From Octopus vulgaris (lineage: Eukaryota), in contig OX597835.1 of NCBI GenBank assembly GCA_951406725.2, forward strand, positions 37,138,001 through 37,202,000: 64,000 bases of DNA, given 5' to 3'. The notes below the pieces were generated by a model that was not told the DNA's origin, ran no database searches, and was given only the letters and a program-made list of their open reading frames with translations. This document shows positions 39,665-52,870 of this stretch, in pieces. A program made the position numbers and the translations under genes. The number at the start of each line of letters is the position of its first letter. Within the stretch, counting starts at the first letter, position 1.

Positions 39665-42600
39665 TTTATTGTGATGGCTGTAGTGGTGGTGTTGAGAATG
39701 GTGGTGGTGATGGTGGTGGTAGTGGTGGAGGTAGAGTTAGTGGTGTTGATGCTGTTGTTAATGTCAGTGGTGGTGGTTGTAGTGACTGCTCACAGTGGTG
39801 ATGGTTGTGAGAGTGGTTGTTATGGTGGTGGCATTGATGATGGTGGTGGTGGTAGTGATGGCAGTGGTGGTGGTGGTTGATTTTGTCCTTGCCATTACTG
39901 CCATCTCTGTGATGGCAGTGATGGCGGTAGTATTTGTAGTGTTGTTTACATGCATACATGGTGGTGGTGGTGGTGATGGTGGTTGTGGTGATGGTGGTGG
40001 TCATGATGGTTGTAGTGGTTGTGGTGATGGTGGTTGTGGTGGTGGTGGTTGTGGTGGTTGTGGTGGTAGTGGTGGTGATGGTGGTTGTGGTGATGGTGGT
40101 TGTGGTGGTTGTTGTGCTGATGGTGGTTGTGGTGGTGGTTGTGGTGATGGTGGTTGTGGTGGTGGTTGTGGTGATGGTGGTGGTGGTTGTTAATGTCAAT
40201 GGCGATTGTGGTGGTGGTTGTTTTTGTCCTGGCCATCACTGCCACCTTCGCAATGGCAGTGGTGGTGGTAGTATTTGTAGTGTTGTATGCATGCATGCAT
40301 GGCGGCAGTGGTGGTGGCCGTGTAGTTGGACCCTAGCACTGACATGTTGTGATGTAATCTTTCAATACAGTAATACAACAACAACAACAATTATTGTCAT
40401 TATTATTGTTGTTCTGGTTGTTGCTGCAGCTAGTTTTCTTGTAGTTGTTATTGTTCCACACTGCTGCTGCTGCTGTTGTTGTTGTTGTTGTTATTTGTCA
40501 TTGTTGATGTTGTTGTTCTTGCAATTCTTTGTTGCTAATGCTATTATTATTCTCATTGTTGCTAATGCAGTTGTTGTTGTAGAGTCTACCGTTATAGTTG
40601 TTGTTGTTGCTGGTTTTGTTGTTGTAGCTGTTATAATCACAGCTGTTATTGTGACCACTATTGCTGCTGTTGTTGTTGTTGTTATGATTGCCATATTTGT
40701 CATTATCGTTGTTGTCGTCGTCGTAATTATTTTTATTATTGTTGTTGTTGCTGTTGTAATTTTTATTGCTGTTGCTATTGTGGCTGAAGCTGCTGTAGTT
40801 GTTGTTGTTGTTATTGCTTCCGTAGTTGTTGTTGTTGTGTTAGCTTCTGTAATTCTTGTTATTACGGCCATTGCTATTATATTGTATTTGCTATAATTAT
40901 TATTATTATCATTATTATTATTATTATTATTAATATTATTATTATTATTATTATTATTGCTGTTATTGTAGCTTTAACATTTTCCATGATTCCACAATAG
41001 ACTTATCCATGTGCTAAATGTCACTGGATGCAGCCTCATTCTCCTCTTTCTTCTTCTTCTTCCTCTTCTTCTTCTTCTTCTCCTCCGTACCTCCCCCTTC
41101 TTCTTCTTCTTCTTCTTCTTCTCCTCCTCCTCCTCCTCCCCTTCTTCTTGTTTTTTCTTCTTCTTCTTCTTCTTCTTCTTCTTCTTCTTCTTCTTCTTCT
41201 TCTTCTTCTTCTTCTTCTTCTTCTTCTTCTTCTTCTTCTTCTCTCTCCTCCAGTAACCGTGGTTACTTCTCTAGCAATGGTGCATCGCTCTTGTAACCAT
41301 GGCTACCGCAAGAGGAGGAGAATAACGGTGCATCGCTTGCGTAACCATGGATACTACTGTCGAAGTGAAGCTGCAGGGAAGTGGCAGTGGTGGTGGCAGG
41401 GCTGGTTGGGGGGAAAGAAGGAGGGAAGTGAAAAAGGAGAGGGGAAAAAATCCTTTTTTTTTTCCAAAAGGGATTAATTGAGGGATGTAGATGGCATTTC
41501 CTTAGAATTGCTGCTGCTGCATTTGCTGCTATTGTTGCTGCTGCTGCCACTACTACTACTACTACTACTGCTGCTGCCACTGCTAGTACCACTACCACCA
41601 CCACTTCTGCTACTGATGATGGTGATGATGATACTACTACTACTACTACTACTACTACTACCACTATCACCACCACCACTACTACTACTACTACTATTAC
41701 TACTACTGCTGCTGCTACTACTGCAACCACTACCATATCTCATGTCACATCCCTACTACTTGTACCATCACCACCACCACCACCACCACCACCACCATAA
41801 CCATCACTACACATAGCACTTGTTGCCTCTACACTCCATATACTGATACATCTACAACTAAACTACTGCTTCTGCTGCTACTACTACTATTACTACTACT
41901 ACGTTTTCTTCTACTACTGCTTCTCAACCCCATCGTCACCACCATCATGTAGCCAACACTATTAGTACCACTACTAGTACATCTTGCATGGTATCACTAC
42001 AACATATGCAACACCAACCACCACCACCACCACCACCACCACCACCACCACCACCACTAGTAACGACTGCCACCCCCCACCACCTCAACCACTACCATCA
42101 TCATCATCATCATCTGTCCTTTGTTATTACTCTTAATAAACGCTGTGAAAACCCCTTTCATACCAAGATTAGGAGTACAGCAAAGAGTACAGAAGTTGTT
42201 GAAAAGAAGTACATTTTAAGGTTACAGAATTTCTGATTGACTACATTCTAAAGTACACCAGCAACAACCACTAACACCACCACCATCACCACCACAACAA
42301 CCACAGTCACCACCACTATCACAAACACTTCTCCCACCACCACCACCATCAACACTTCTGCTAACACTACCACCAACACAATCATCACCACAGCCACTAT
42401 CACAACCACCATCAGCACCACCACCATTATCATAATCATGATGACGACGACGGTTACCACCACCACCACCACCACCACCACCACCACCACCACCACAACA
42501 ACACTGCAGCAGTCCCAATATATACAATACAAACAATAAAAACAACAACAACAACACTATGATTTCAAAATACAATCAAAATATGTAGTCATGGCAACAA

Positions 42601-42880
42601 CATACCATGACACCACTACAACTGCAATCCAAACTGTAACGACATTTACATCAACAATGCTGTATAACACTACCACAACAACAGCAACACCTACACACAT
42701 GAACAAAACACTACAGAACTACTACAATGCTAACATGCTACAAGACTACTACAACACCAACACCAACACTACTGCTTCACTGACATACAGTGACCACTAC
42801 TACAAGACAGGTCAATGGCCACCACAATGCCACCACAATGCCACTACAACACAAACACATGAACAACGACTTCTACAGCT
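39665..42880. repeat. TE-free low-complexity trinucleotide domain (GGT, GTT, ATT, CTT | CTA, CAC, CAA)
   Basis: Directly visible; the left side is G/T-rich and the right side is C/A-rich. Confidence 0.9.
41253..41354. promoter_or_regulatory. Cluster of three RFX X-box-like palindromes
   Basis: GTAACCGTGGTTAC (41253), GTAACCATGGCTAC (41293), GTAACCATGGATAC (41341); locally CpG-rich. Confidence 0.55.
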
Positions 42881-43336
42881 ATACAAGGTGGTATCAAAAT
42901 GTTTGCAGACTAGTTATGTTTAATAAAAAATAACTTATTTACCCTAGTTTTACCATTATTTTCTTTGAAATCATCCCCTTGTGGTACAATACACTGGTCC
43001 CAAAATTCTGGCCACTTTTGGAATCCGTCCTGGAAGTCATTTTCTGTAAGTGAGTCGAGGGCCTTCTGCGATTCACTTGCATCTCAACAACAGTGTTAAA
43101 ATGGTGACCTTTGAGCTGCAGTTCCATCTTGGGAAAAAGATGGAAGTCTTCCGGTGCTAAATCTGGTGAATAGGGTGGGTACAGAAGTGAGACCATGTTT
43201 TTGGTGAGAAACTCATAAGTGAAGGGAGTTCGGTGACAGAGTGCATTGGTGTTGAGAAGAAACCAATTCTTCGTGCTCCACAGATTTGGTCGCTTTTCCT
43301 GACTGTCCTCACCTCAAATGCTTCAAAATATCACAG

Positions 43337-43785
43337 TCATCATCATCACCATTGTTCAACCGTGGTCGAGACAATTGAATTTACTATGTTACGCCAGACT
43401 TCACGGTCCATCATAGCATTTCGGAGGTCTTGTTGGTGGATGCCTGTATACCTGGAGATTACATCAGGGTATAGCTTCCAGAGGAGAAGAGTAGAAATTA
43501 CCTCGTTTTCAGCTCTACAACAATGTCCAGCAAACTGGACTCTTCTACCTTTCACAAGAGATGATACAGGTGGTAGTTTCCCATATATTTGTACTTTGGT
43601 TGGATGACGCTTCCATTGTATCCATGGAGATTACATCAGGGTAGGAGAGTGTGCACCCTCGGGTATCGCGAGCAGATGGCTTCCAGAGAAGAGTAGAAAT
43701 TACCTCGTTTTCAGCTCTACAACAATGTCCAGCAAACTGGACTCTTCTACCTTTCACAAGAGATGATAAAGGTGGTAATTTCCCA
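43337..43785 (-). mobile_element. RTE/RTEX-type LINE 3' fragment with internal duplication
   Basis: RRVQFAGHCCRAENEVISTLLLWK occurs twice; MMDREVWRNIV; (TGA)n tail. Confidence 0.8.
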
Positions 43786-44058
43786 GTAGAACTCTCAATT
43801 GATGGTCTGACCTTGGGGGATGAATTCTTGATGCACAATACCATGGATGGCGCAAAAAACGTTGAGCATGCTCTTGAATGAGTTGCGGCTTTGTTGTGCC
43901 TTCTTTGATTGTGGGGATGAAGGGCTCTTCCATATTGACAATTATACTCAATGTCTCTGTGGTAGACTTCTCAAATTTAATGCAAAATTCCACACTGGCT
44001 CTTTGTTCTAACTTCCTGTCCATAACAACAATTACAGATTACAGCATACATATGTATA

Positions 44059-44590
44059 TCTATTATATAAAATCTGTTCTGTCTGTCTGTATGTCTTCTA
44101 GGATCTCAGGCATCTTCCATCCGATTGCACTCAATCGGTATCAGGGGGTGTATAAGTCTTGAAAAAATTACAAATATCAATTCCAGGTGAGAATGCGATC
44201 GATAAAGCCATGGGAACATGTATTTGTACGCGCAAGTACATCAGCTGTTGCGATCGATACTACGCATACGCGAGAAAAATGCATGTGCAGTTTGCGCAAA
44301 AAAAGTCGGCTCGCTTGAAATAATGCCACAAAATGCAGTATATTTAAGAGACCAAAAAAGTAAGATGCAAAAGAGATATTTTCTTCAAACTTGGCATGAA
44401 GGAAGGAAATACTATTTGGTTTCTCAAGAAGTTTTTTTTTTGCCTTAACTTTGTTTAACAAAACCAAAAATTTTATTGAAATAAAGGCATGCTTAATTAT
44501 TTTTTAATGAAAAGAAAACACTGATTGCTTTTTATTCAGCAGATATGATTCAGCACCGTTCATTGGACGGGAGAGGGAGGGCATTTTGCT
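44059..44590 (+). mobile_element. Non-autonomous Helitron-like insertion in the mariner
   Basis: 5' A|TCTATTATATAAAA-(TCTG)n; short hairpin near the 3' end; mariner homology resumes at ~44590. Confidence 0.6.
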
Positions 44591-46219
44591 CATAAAATTT
44601 CACAACTTGCAAAATAAACACAGCAATGTCACTCAGCAAACTGCGTCATGAAGGTTACTGCCAGCTCTCACTGGACACACAACCATAGGCTGCCATCTGT
44701 TGGTGTGCTACAGAACCAATCTGGAAACTTTTTGATATTAGGAAACATATCATTGACACACCACAAAACTACAACACACACACACATCAATACACACAGA
44801 CATCACTACAACTACATGTACAACCATCCATGAATATCAAAGCACATAACACAAAGAAGTATCTATATAGTTGCTTGATATGCTAAAAATACCAGCTAAA
44901 TTCATATTCCATCACTAACCCTAAATAATTCATATTCCATCACTAACCCTAAATAATTCATATTCCATCATCTTAAATATAAAGACACTCTGAAATTATG
45001 AAATACTGAGTACATCAAACCTGACAACAGACAGGATGGTCATGACTGGAATATATTTGATTAGATGTCTGCTGAATCAGAACTGACCTGGTTTAAACAA
45101 CTATTACAATTACATTCATCATCATCATCATTTAATGTTCCTTGTCCATACTGGCATGGGTTGGATGGTCTGACCAGGGCTGGTAAACTGAGGGGGTGCA
45201 CCAGACTCCAGCATGGTTTTTACAGCTGGATGCCTTTTCTAACACCAACCACTCCAAGAGTGTAATGGGTGCTTTTATATGCCACCTGTATGGGTGCCAG
45301 TTGCATGACACCACTATCTATAAGTACTAGGCTTATAAAGAATAAGTCCTGTGGTTGATTTGCTCGACTGAAGGCGGTGCTCCAGCATGGCCACAGTCAA
45401 ATGACTGAAACAAGTAAAAGAGAGTAGAGTAGCACACCTGTCTGCATCATTTGTTAGGATCAGCAACCTTTGTATTTTTCTAGTTCACAAGTCCTGTGTT
45501 GATGGGTACAAATGCATAAATCCATATAATAAGTGCACACCTTTGCAGCATGGTCATGTAATCACAAGCAACAGTCAGTGCATTCTGGGTGGCTGAGCAT
45601 TGTGGATGATCACAGGGGGGAATGCTTCTGTGGTTTATGCAGAATCTTCGACTGATCACTGATCCATGTTGTCACAGATCAAACTGTCACAAACATAACG
45701 TGGTACACAATTACCATAATATTATCCCAGATCAGTGATGAATAAATCAGTGATAAACAACAAACATAATATGGTTCACAATCTAGTGTACTGTGTTATC
45801 CTAGAAAGTGATGAATGAATCTTTGATGAATGAGAACAGTTGTATATCAACTATTGAAGATAGTTGTATATCAATCTGTGATGACCATCATCATCATCAT
45901 CATTTAACGTCTGTTTTCCATGCTAGCATGGGTTGGACAGTCTGGTAAGCCATGGAGGCTGCACCAGGCTCCAGTCTGGTTTGGCAGAGTTTCTACAGCT
46001 GGATGCCCTTCCTAACGCCAACCACTCCGTGAGTGTAGTGGGTGCTTTTTGCATGCCACCATACTGTGTTACTCCAGCTCAGTGATAAATGAATCAGTAA
46101 TAAACGAGGATAGTTGTAGGTTTAAACAGCCCTACAATACACAACCGCACTACTACAACATCAGCTAATAAAACCACTACAACGTGTACTACATCCAAAC
46201 CATTAAAAATCTACACACA

Positions 46220-46660
46220 TTGGTTTCAAATTTTGGCACAAGGCCAGCACTTTCAGGAGTGGGTTAAGTTGATTACATTGACCCAAATTCTCAATTGGTA
46301 CCTATTTTATCAAACCTGAAAGGATGAAAGGCAAAGTCGACCTTGGTGGAATTTGAACTCAGAAGACAGACGGAAGTGCTACTAACCATTTTTCATGGTA
46401 TGCTGACAATCCTGCCAACTCACCCCTTAAAGAACCTACACATATTACTTTCAAATTTTGGCACAAGGCCAGCATTGCTGGGGAGGGAGTAAGTTGATTA
46501 CATCACCCCCAGTGTTCAACAGGTACTTATTTTATCGACCCTGAAAGCATGAAAGGTAAAGTCGATCCCAGCAGAACTTGAACTCAGAACATGGAGACAG
46601 ACAAAATAGTGTTAAGCATTTTGCCTGGCATGCTAATGATTCTGCCAGCTCACCACCTCA
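46220..46660 (-). mobile_element. Two SINE family C copies
   Basis: GAAAGGATGAAAGGCAAAGTCGAC..TTGAACTCAG. Confidence 0.8.
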
Positions 46661-47036
46661 AAGAACCTCCACATGTTACCTGATGGAGTGCCAATTCCTC
46701 ATTCTCATTGAGACTCTTCACCAGATGTATAGACTCTACAAATTTAGTCACCAAACAAAACATAACAACTGAATTACTCAGGGTGTGGGTGTGGGTGTGT
46801 GGAAAGAAGCTTGCTTTCCAATCACACTGATCCAGGTTCAGTCTTACTGTGTGGAACCTTGGGCAAGTGTCTTCAACTAAAGCCAGCGCTGAGCTGATTA
46901 AAGCCTTGTGAGTGAATTTGGCAGAAAGAAATTGAAGGAAGAAACTGAAAGAAGCCCATCGTATATATAGATATATATATGTGTGTGTGTGTATATCTAT
47001 ACATACATACATATCCATCCATATATATATATCATC

Positions 47037-47080
<44 letters not shown>

Positions 47081-47081
47081 G

Positions 47082-47466
47082 GATGGAAGCACTCCGTCGG
47101 TTACGACGATGAGGGTTCCGGTTGATCCGAACAACGGAACAGCCTGCTCGTGAAATTTACGTGTAAGTGGCTGAGCACTCCACAGACATGTGTACCCTTA
47201 ACATAGTTCTCGGGGATATTCAGCGTGACACAGAGAGTGACAAGGCCGGCCCTTTGAAATACAGGTACAACAGAAACAGGAAGTAAGAGTGAGAGAAAGT
47301 TGTGGTGAAAGAGTACAGCAGGGATCACCACCATCCCTGCCGGAGCCTCGTGGTGCTTTAGGTGTTTTCGCTCAATAAACACTCACAACGCCCGGTCTGG
47401 GAATCGAAACCGCGATCCTAGGACCGCGTGTCCACTGCCCTAACCACTGGGCCATTGCGCCTCCAC
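47082..47466 (-). mobile_element. SINE family B, full length
   Basis: Head GTGGAGGCGCAATGGCCCAGTGGTTAGGGCAG..GGTTTCGATTCC. Confidence 0.9.
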
Positions 47467-47472
47467 TCACAC

Positions 47473-47506
<34 letters not shown>

Positions 47507-47651
47507 GATAGGCATGTAAAACACACCCAGCACACTCTGTAAAGTGGTTGATGTTAGGAAGGGCATCCAGTCATAGAAACCATTCCAAAACAGACAATTG
47601 CTCTCTGGCTGGCCAGCTTCTGTCAAACCATCCAAACTCATGCATGCATGG

Positions 47652-49217
47652 AAAATGGATGTTAAATGATGATGATGGTGATGATGATGTATACAGGTTC
47701 AGGTGTGGCCATGTGCTAAGAAGCCTACTTCCCAACAACATGGTCCAGGGTTTCAATTTTACATTGTGGGCACCTTGGGCAAGTGTCTTCTGCTATAGCT
47801 TTAGTCTGATCGAAGCATTATGAATGGATTTGGTAGACAGAGACTGAAAGAAGCCCATCATATATGTATGTGTGTATGTGTGTTTGTGCATGTGTGTGTG
47901 TGTTTGTCCCTCACTTCACTGCTTGACTAATGGTGTTGGTGTGTCTATGTCATTGTAACTTGGCGGTTCAGCAAAAGAGATTGATAAAATAAATATCAAG
48001 CTTAAAAACCAAAAAGTACCGGAGATTGATTTGTTCAACTACAAGTCTTCAAGGCTACAGTCTAGTCACTAAAACAAGCAAATAAAAAAAAAAATAATAA
48101 AAAATAAAAAAAAGGTAACATATACCAAAATGATTGTTTATTAACGAAATGAGACAGACAATTAGTTTAAAATATATTAAAAATACCTTCAGCCATTTCA
48201 CTTACAAATAAATTATTTCTGACCATCTGTGACTCTCCCCTCACATCATCCTGTCATATCTTGAGATGCTCTCAAATCTTGTTACCATGATCTCTCTTAT
48301 TTCCAGCTACTTTCACCTACTTCTGTGTGATGTAGGGTAGCTATATATCTTCTTTATAGCAAGACACCCGGGATTGCCCCTCTGTTACATTTTATAACCT
48401 CTTGACACCTTGCATAAAACCAACTCCTCCCTCTGAAATATCTGCATCCCACTGCAATTTAGTTGAAGGGGACTTTTTTTCTTTTTTTCCTTTTCTTTCT
48501 TGTCTTGCATGTTACTAGGTGACCTCACTTGTGCTGGTGCCACATAAAAAGCTCCCAGTAGGCACTGTAAAGTGGTTGGTGGTAGGAAGGGTATTTGTTC
48601 GTTTTAGTCATTAGACTGTGGCCATGCTGGGGCACTGCCTTCAAGAATTTTCAGTCAGATGAATTGATCCCACTACCTATTTTATCTGCTATTTTTGCTG
48701 AACCACTAAGTTATGGGGATGTAAACACACCAACACCGGCTGTCAAGTGTTGGTGGGGGACAAACACAGATAAAAAGACACACGCAAAAACATACACATC
48801 ATGTATTTGTGTTCTTTCTTTATATATAAATAATGATGACGACGATGATGATATATATAAATACATATAATATTTATAAACAAACCTGAAAGGTATTGTA
48901 AGTTACAAAGAGAAAGCTATATATATATATTGATAAAAACGGTAAGATAACAAAAGAAAGAAAGAGACCTCGATATTATGTAAATAGCGGAATTTATCTG
49001 TAAATGCAATATGTGATAATTATTCGGTAGCCAAGATAAAACTCCGAGTTTCGGATGGTGGCATGGATTTCCACTTCGGCATCCGAAACTCGGAGTTTTA
49101 TCTTGGCTACCAAATAATTATCACATATTACATTCAAATATATATATATGTGTGTGTGTGTGTATATATATATGTATGTATATATATACATATACATTAT
49201 ATATATACAGACACACA

Positions 49218-49251
<34 letters not shown>

Positions 49252-50494
49252 CGACAAGCTTCTTTCAGCTTCCGTCTACCAGATCCATTCATAATGCTTT
49301 GTTCAGCCTGAGGCTACAGTAGAAGACACTTGCCCAAGGTGCCATGCAGTGGGACTGAACCCAAAACCGAGTGGTTGGGAAGCAAGTTTTTTACCACACA
49401 GCCACACTTGCAAATATGTATTTGTTGCTGGATATTTAATAGAATGTATGAGAAGATACATTATTCTCCAAGCCCAAAATATTACTTTTCATCATCATCA
49501 TCATCATCATCAATGTCCATATGGTTTGACAGGATCCAGCAAGGTGTAGGGCTGCATCAAGCTTCAATGTCAACTGTGGCATGCTTTGTATGGTTGGATG
49601 CCCTTCCTAACACCAACCACTTTACAGTGCCTACTGGGAGCTTTTTATGTGGCACCAGCACTAGTGAGGTCACCTGGTAACATGCAAGACAAGAAAGAAA
49701 ACGAAAAAAGAAAAAAGTCCCCTTCAACTAAATTGCAGTGGGATGCAGATATTCAGAGGGAGAAGTTGGTTTTAGGCCAGGTGTCAAGAGATATATGGCT
49801 ACCCTACATTACACAGAAGTAGGTGAAATTAGCTGGAAATAAGAGAGATCATGGTAACAAGATTTGAGAGCATCTCAAGATATGACAGGATGATGTGAGG
49901 GGAGAGTCACAGACGGTTAGAAATCATCTATTTGTAAGTGAAATGGCTGAAGGCATTTTTAATATATTTTAAACTAATTGTCTGTCTCATTTCGTTAATA
50001 AACAATCATTTTGGTATATGTTACCATGTTGTTTTTTTTTTTGGGGGGGGGTTGCTTGCTTTAGTGATTAGACTGTGGCCTTGAAGACTTGTAGTTGAAC
50101 AAATCAATCTCCGGTACTTTTTGTATTTTTTAAGCTTGATACTTATTTTATGAATCTCTTTTGCTGAACTGCCAAGTTACAATGACATAGACACACCAAC
50201 ACCATTAGTCAAGCAGTGAAGTGAGGGACAAACATATGCACACACGCACACACACACTCACACACACACACACACACACATGATGGGCTTCTTTCAGTAT
50301 CTGTCTACCAAATCCATTCATAAGGCTTCGATCAGACTAAAGCTATAGCAGAAGACACTTGCCCAAGGTGCCACAATGTAGGATTGAAACCCTGGCCCAT
50401 GTTGTTGGGAAGCAGACTTCTTAGCACATGGCCACACTTGCACTTGTATATATCATCATCATCATCACCATCATCATCGTTTAACATCCATTTT
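47652..50494. repeat. Long inverted duplication (arms 47652-48594 and 49598-50494)
   Basis: Non-repeat sequence (e.g. GGTAACATATACCAAAATGATTG...CCAGCTA) and SINE pieces are present in both orientations. Confidence 0.9.
48930..49140. mobile_element. PLE-like element with 55-bp fold-back arms (49003-49057, 49080-49134)
   Basis: Two mismatches between arms; contains an HHR 3' half CGAAACTCGGAGTT; truncated relative at 53712-53765. Confidence 0.65.
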
Positions 50495-51030
50495 ACTAAA
50501 CAATTTGGCCACAAATACATAAGATTAGGTGAATCTACTCAGGAAGAAGAGGAACTTCCAGCATGAACGAAACGTCTCGAGTTGCCTCCCTTGCAAGCAA
50601 ATTGAAAGTAATAACATTTGCCATTAACAGCAATTTCCCTTTATTAAATATTTGATCTGACTTTGGCTTTTTAATTTTCTGAACATTAAATATTATTTCA
50701 TACTCTTAATAGTTAATTAGCATGTAGACGGTATCTCTGAAAATATTCACATTTATAATAATTAACTGGAACAAGTTTGATCTCAACGTAACGAACTAAT
50801 AATCAAATTTGCTGTCTGAACCTTAAAAACCGGTGTTAAACTCATGAGTGACTGTTATGAGATCTAATTGCAGTTATATACTACAGTGGAAAGTTTAAAT
50901 ATCTCTCGTATAATTGGTATGGTAAATAACAGGAGATAATGAGTACTGTCTAAGTCTATCATATACATACACATGTATATGTATATATATATATATACAC
51001 AGACTCACACACACATATATATATATATAT

Positions 51031-51217
<187 letters not shown>

Positions 51218-51443
51218 TATATATATATAATGTATGTATATATATATACACATAATGTATGTATATATATATATATATATACACACATATGTATATGTAT
51301 GTATGTATACATATATATATATATAAATATATACGTGCATATGTAAATGTATATATCTGTCTCTATCCAACCAGATATTTATTAATGTCTACCTGTCTAT
51401 CTCAGTTTATCAACATCTATACACAGCAACTATCTTTATGCAT

Positions 51444-52145
51444 ATACGAGGTGATAGCAAAAAGTTCTCAGACTAGTTCTGTAGCACGCCAACAGATGGC
51501 AGCACACAGTTGCATGTCCAGTGAGAGCTAGCACTGGCCTTCATGGGGCAGTGTGCTGAGTGACATTGCCGTGTTTACTTCGCAAGTTGTGATATTTGTG
51601 TTTTTGTGATCACATGTATGCTGTAGTTTGTGATCTTGTCATGGATAGGAACAAAGATCTAATGAGGAATTTTGTGTTAAACATGAGAAGTCTGCAACAG
51701 AGATATTGAGCATGCTATGGCAAGCTTAGGGAGTCAAGGCAATGGGGTCATACACAATGTTTCGATTGGCACAAGTGCTTTGAAAGAGGAAGAATGACCC
51801 TGGAAGATGATGAGTGATCTGGAACACCCACCATGTGTGTTACCCCTGGAAATGTGGTATTGCGCATTGAGAATTCTTTCCCTAAGGCCTGACCATCTAT
51901 CAAGAGTTCTACTGCAACCATTTGAAGCATTTGAGGGAAGACAAGAAGCAGTACTGATTTTCTCACGAGGAACCATTTAGTCTCGTTTGGTCCTCTCTGC
52001 GTGGTCTGGCATACAGAATGGTTACGATTGTGGAGTGCTTAGAATTGGATTTTTCACAACAACAATGCACCCTATCTCATTGAGCTCTCCTCACTTATGA
52101 GTTTCTTGCCAAAAAAATGGTATCACTTCTACACTCACCCTATAT
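51444..52145 (+). mobile_element. Decayed mariner, 5' portion
   Basis: TIR TA-CGAGGTGATAGCAAAAAGTT; W.KCFERGRMTLEDDE.SG.P; NWIFHNNNAP. Confidence 0.8.
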
Positions 52146-52785
52146 CACCGTCACTGTGACCGACCAGGCTATGAGATGTTGCTACACATCGCTGGTCACA
52201 ATGCGCTTCACATTGTTTTAGCCTTTAAATGATGCCACCCCGCTGGCTAAGCGAGCAGGCCAACAGATGAAAGAATAAGAGAAAGTTTTGGGGAAAGAGT
52301 ACAGCAGAGATCGCCACCACCCCCTGCCGGAGCCTCGTAGGGCTTTAGGTGTTTTCACTCTATAAATACTCACAACACCTGGTCTGGGAATCAAAACAGC
52401 GATCCTACAACCAAGAGTCCACTGCCCTAACCACTGGGCCATTGCGCCTCCACACACACACATATATACATATATTGATGTTTGTTTGTTTCTTCTTGAG
52501 CCATATCTGGCTCATAAGGGCTGGTTTCTCGGTTTCCTTGGCGTATAGGTTCCCCACCAGGACGGGACGCCGGTCCGTTGCAGGTGAGCTGCAAAGATGC
52601 AGGAGGAAAGAGTGAGAGAAAGTTGTGGCGAAAGAGTCAGCAGAAGTTCGCCATTACCTTCTGTCAGAGCTGTGTGGAGCTTAGGTGTTTCGCTCATAAA
52701 CACACACATCGCCCGGTCTGAGATTCAAACCCATGATCCCTCGACCACGAGTCCACTGCTCAAACCACTACGCCATGTGCCTTGA
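52146..52785 (-). mobile_element. Two SINE family B copies with different tails
   Basis: 52146-52453 matches 63651; 52478-52785 matches 6957. Confidence 0.85.
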
Positions 52786-52870
52786 CACACACACACACAC
52801 ACACACACATAAATGTGACCGCGTGTGTACTGTTGGCATCTTCCCTTCTTTGAATCTTTCCTTTTCCTAT

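Larger units (their letters stand above)
42882..44738 (-). mobile_element. Decayed mariner (DD34D) with nested insertions
   Basis: MDRKLEQRASVEFCIK.. and PPYSPDLAPEDFHLFPK..; TIR TA-CAAGGTGGTATCAAAA; same family as 51444. Confidence 0.85.

Noticed and set aside
39958-40896. 312-aa poly-Val ORF and the mucin-like poly-Thr ORFs on the opposite strand
   Set aside because: Trinucleotide low-complexity sequence, open in several frames on both strands, with no domain or splice support.
44899-44970. Interstitial telomere motif CTAACCCTAA
   Set aside because: Only one motif per unit of a 28-bp local tandem duplication inside a repeat.
50545-50585. CGAAACGTC as a hammerhead 3' half
   Set aside because: No upstream CTGANGA-like core or stem II.
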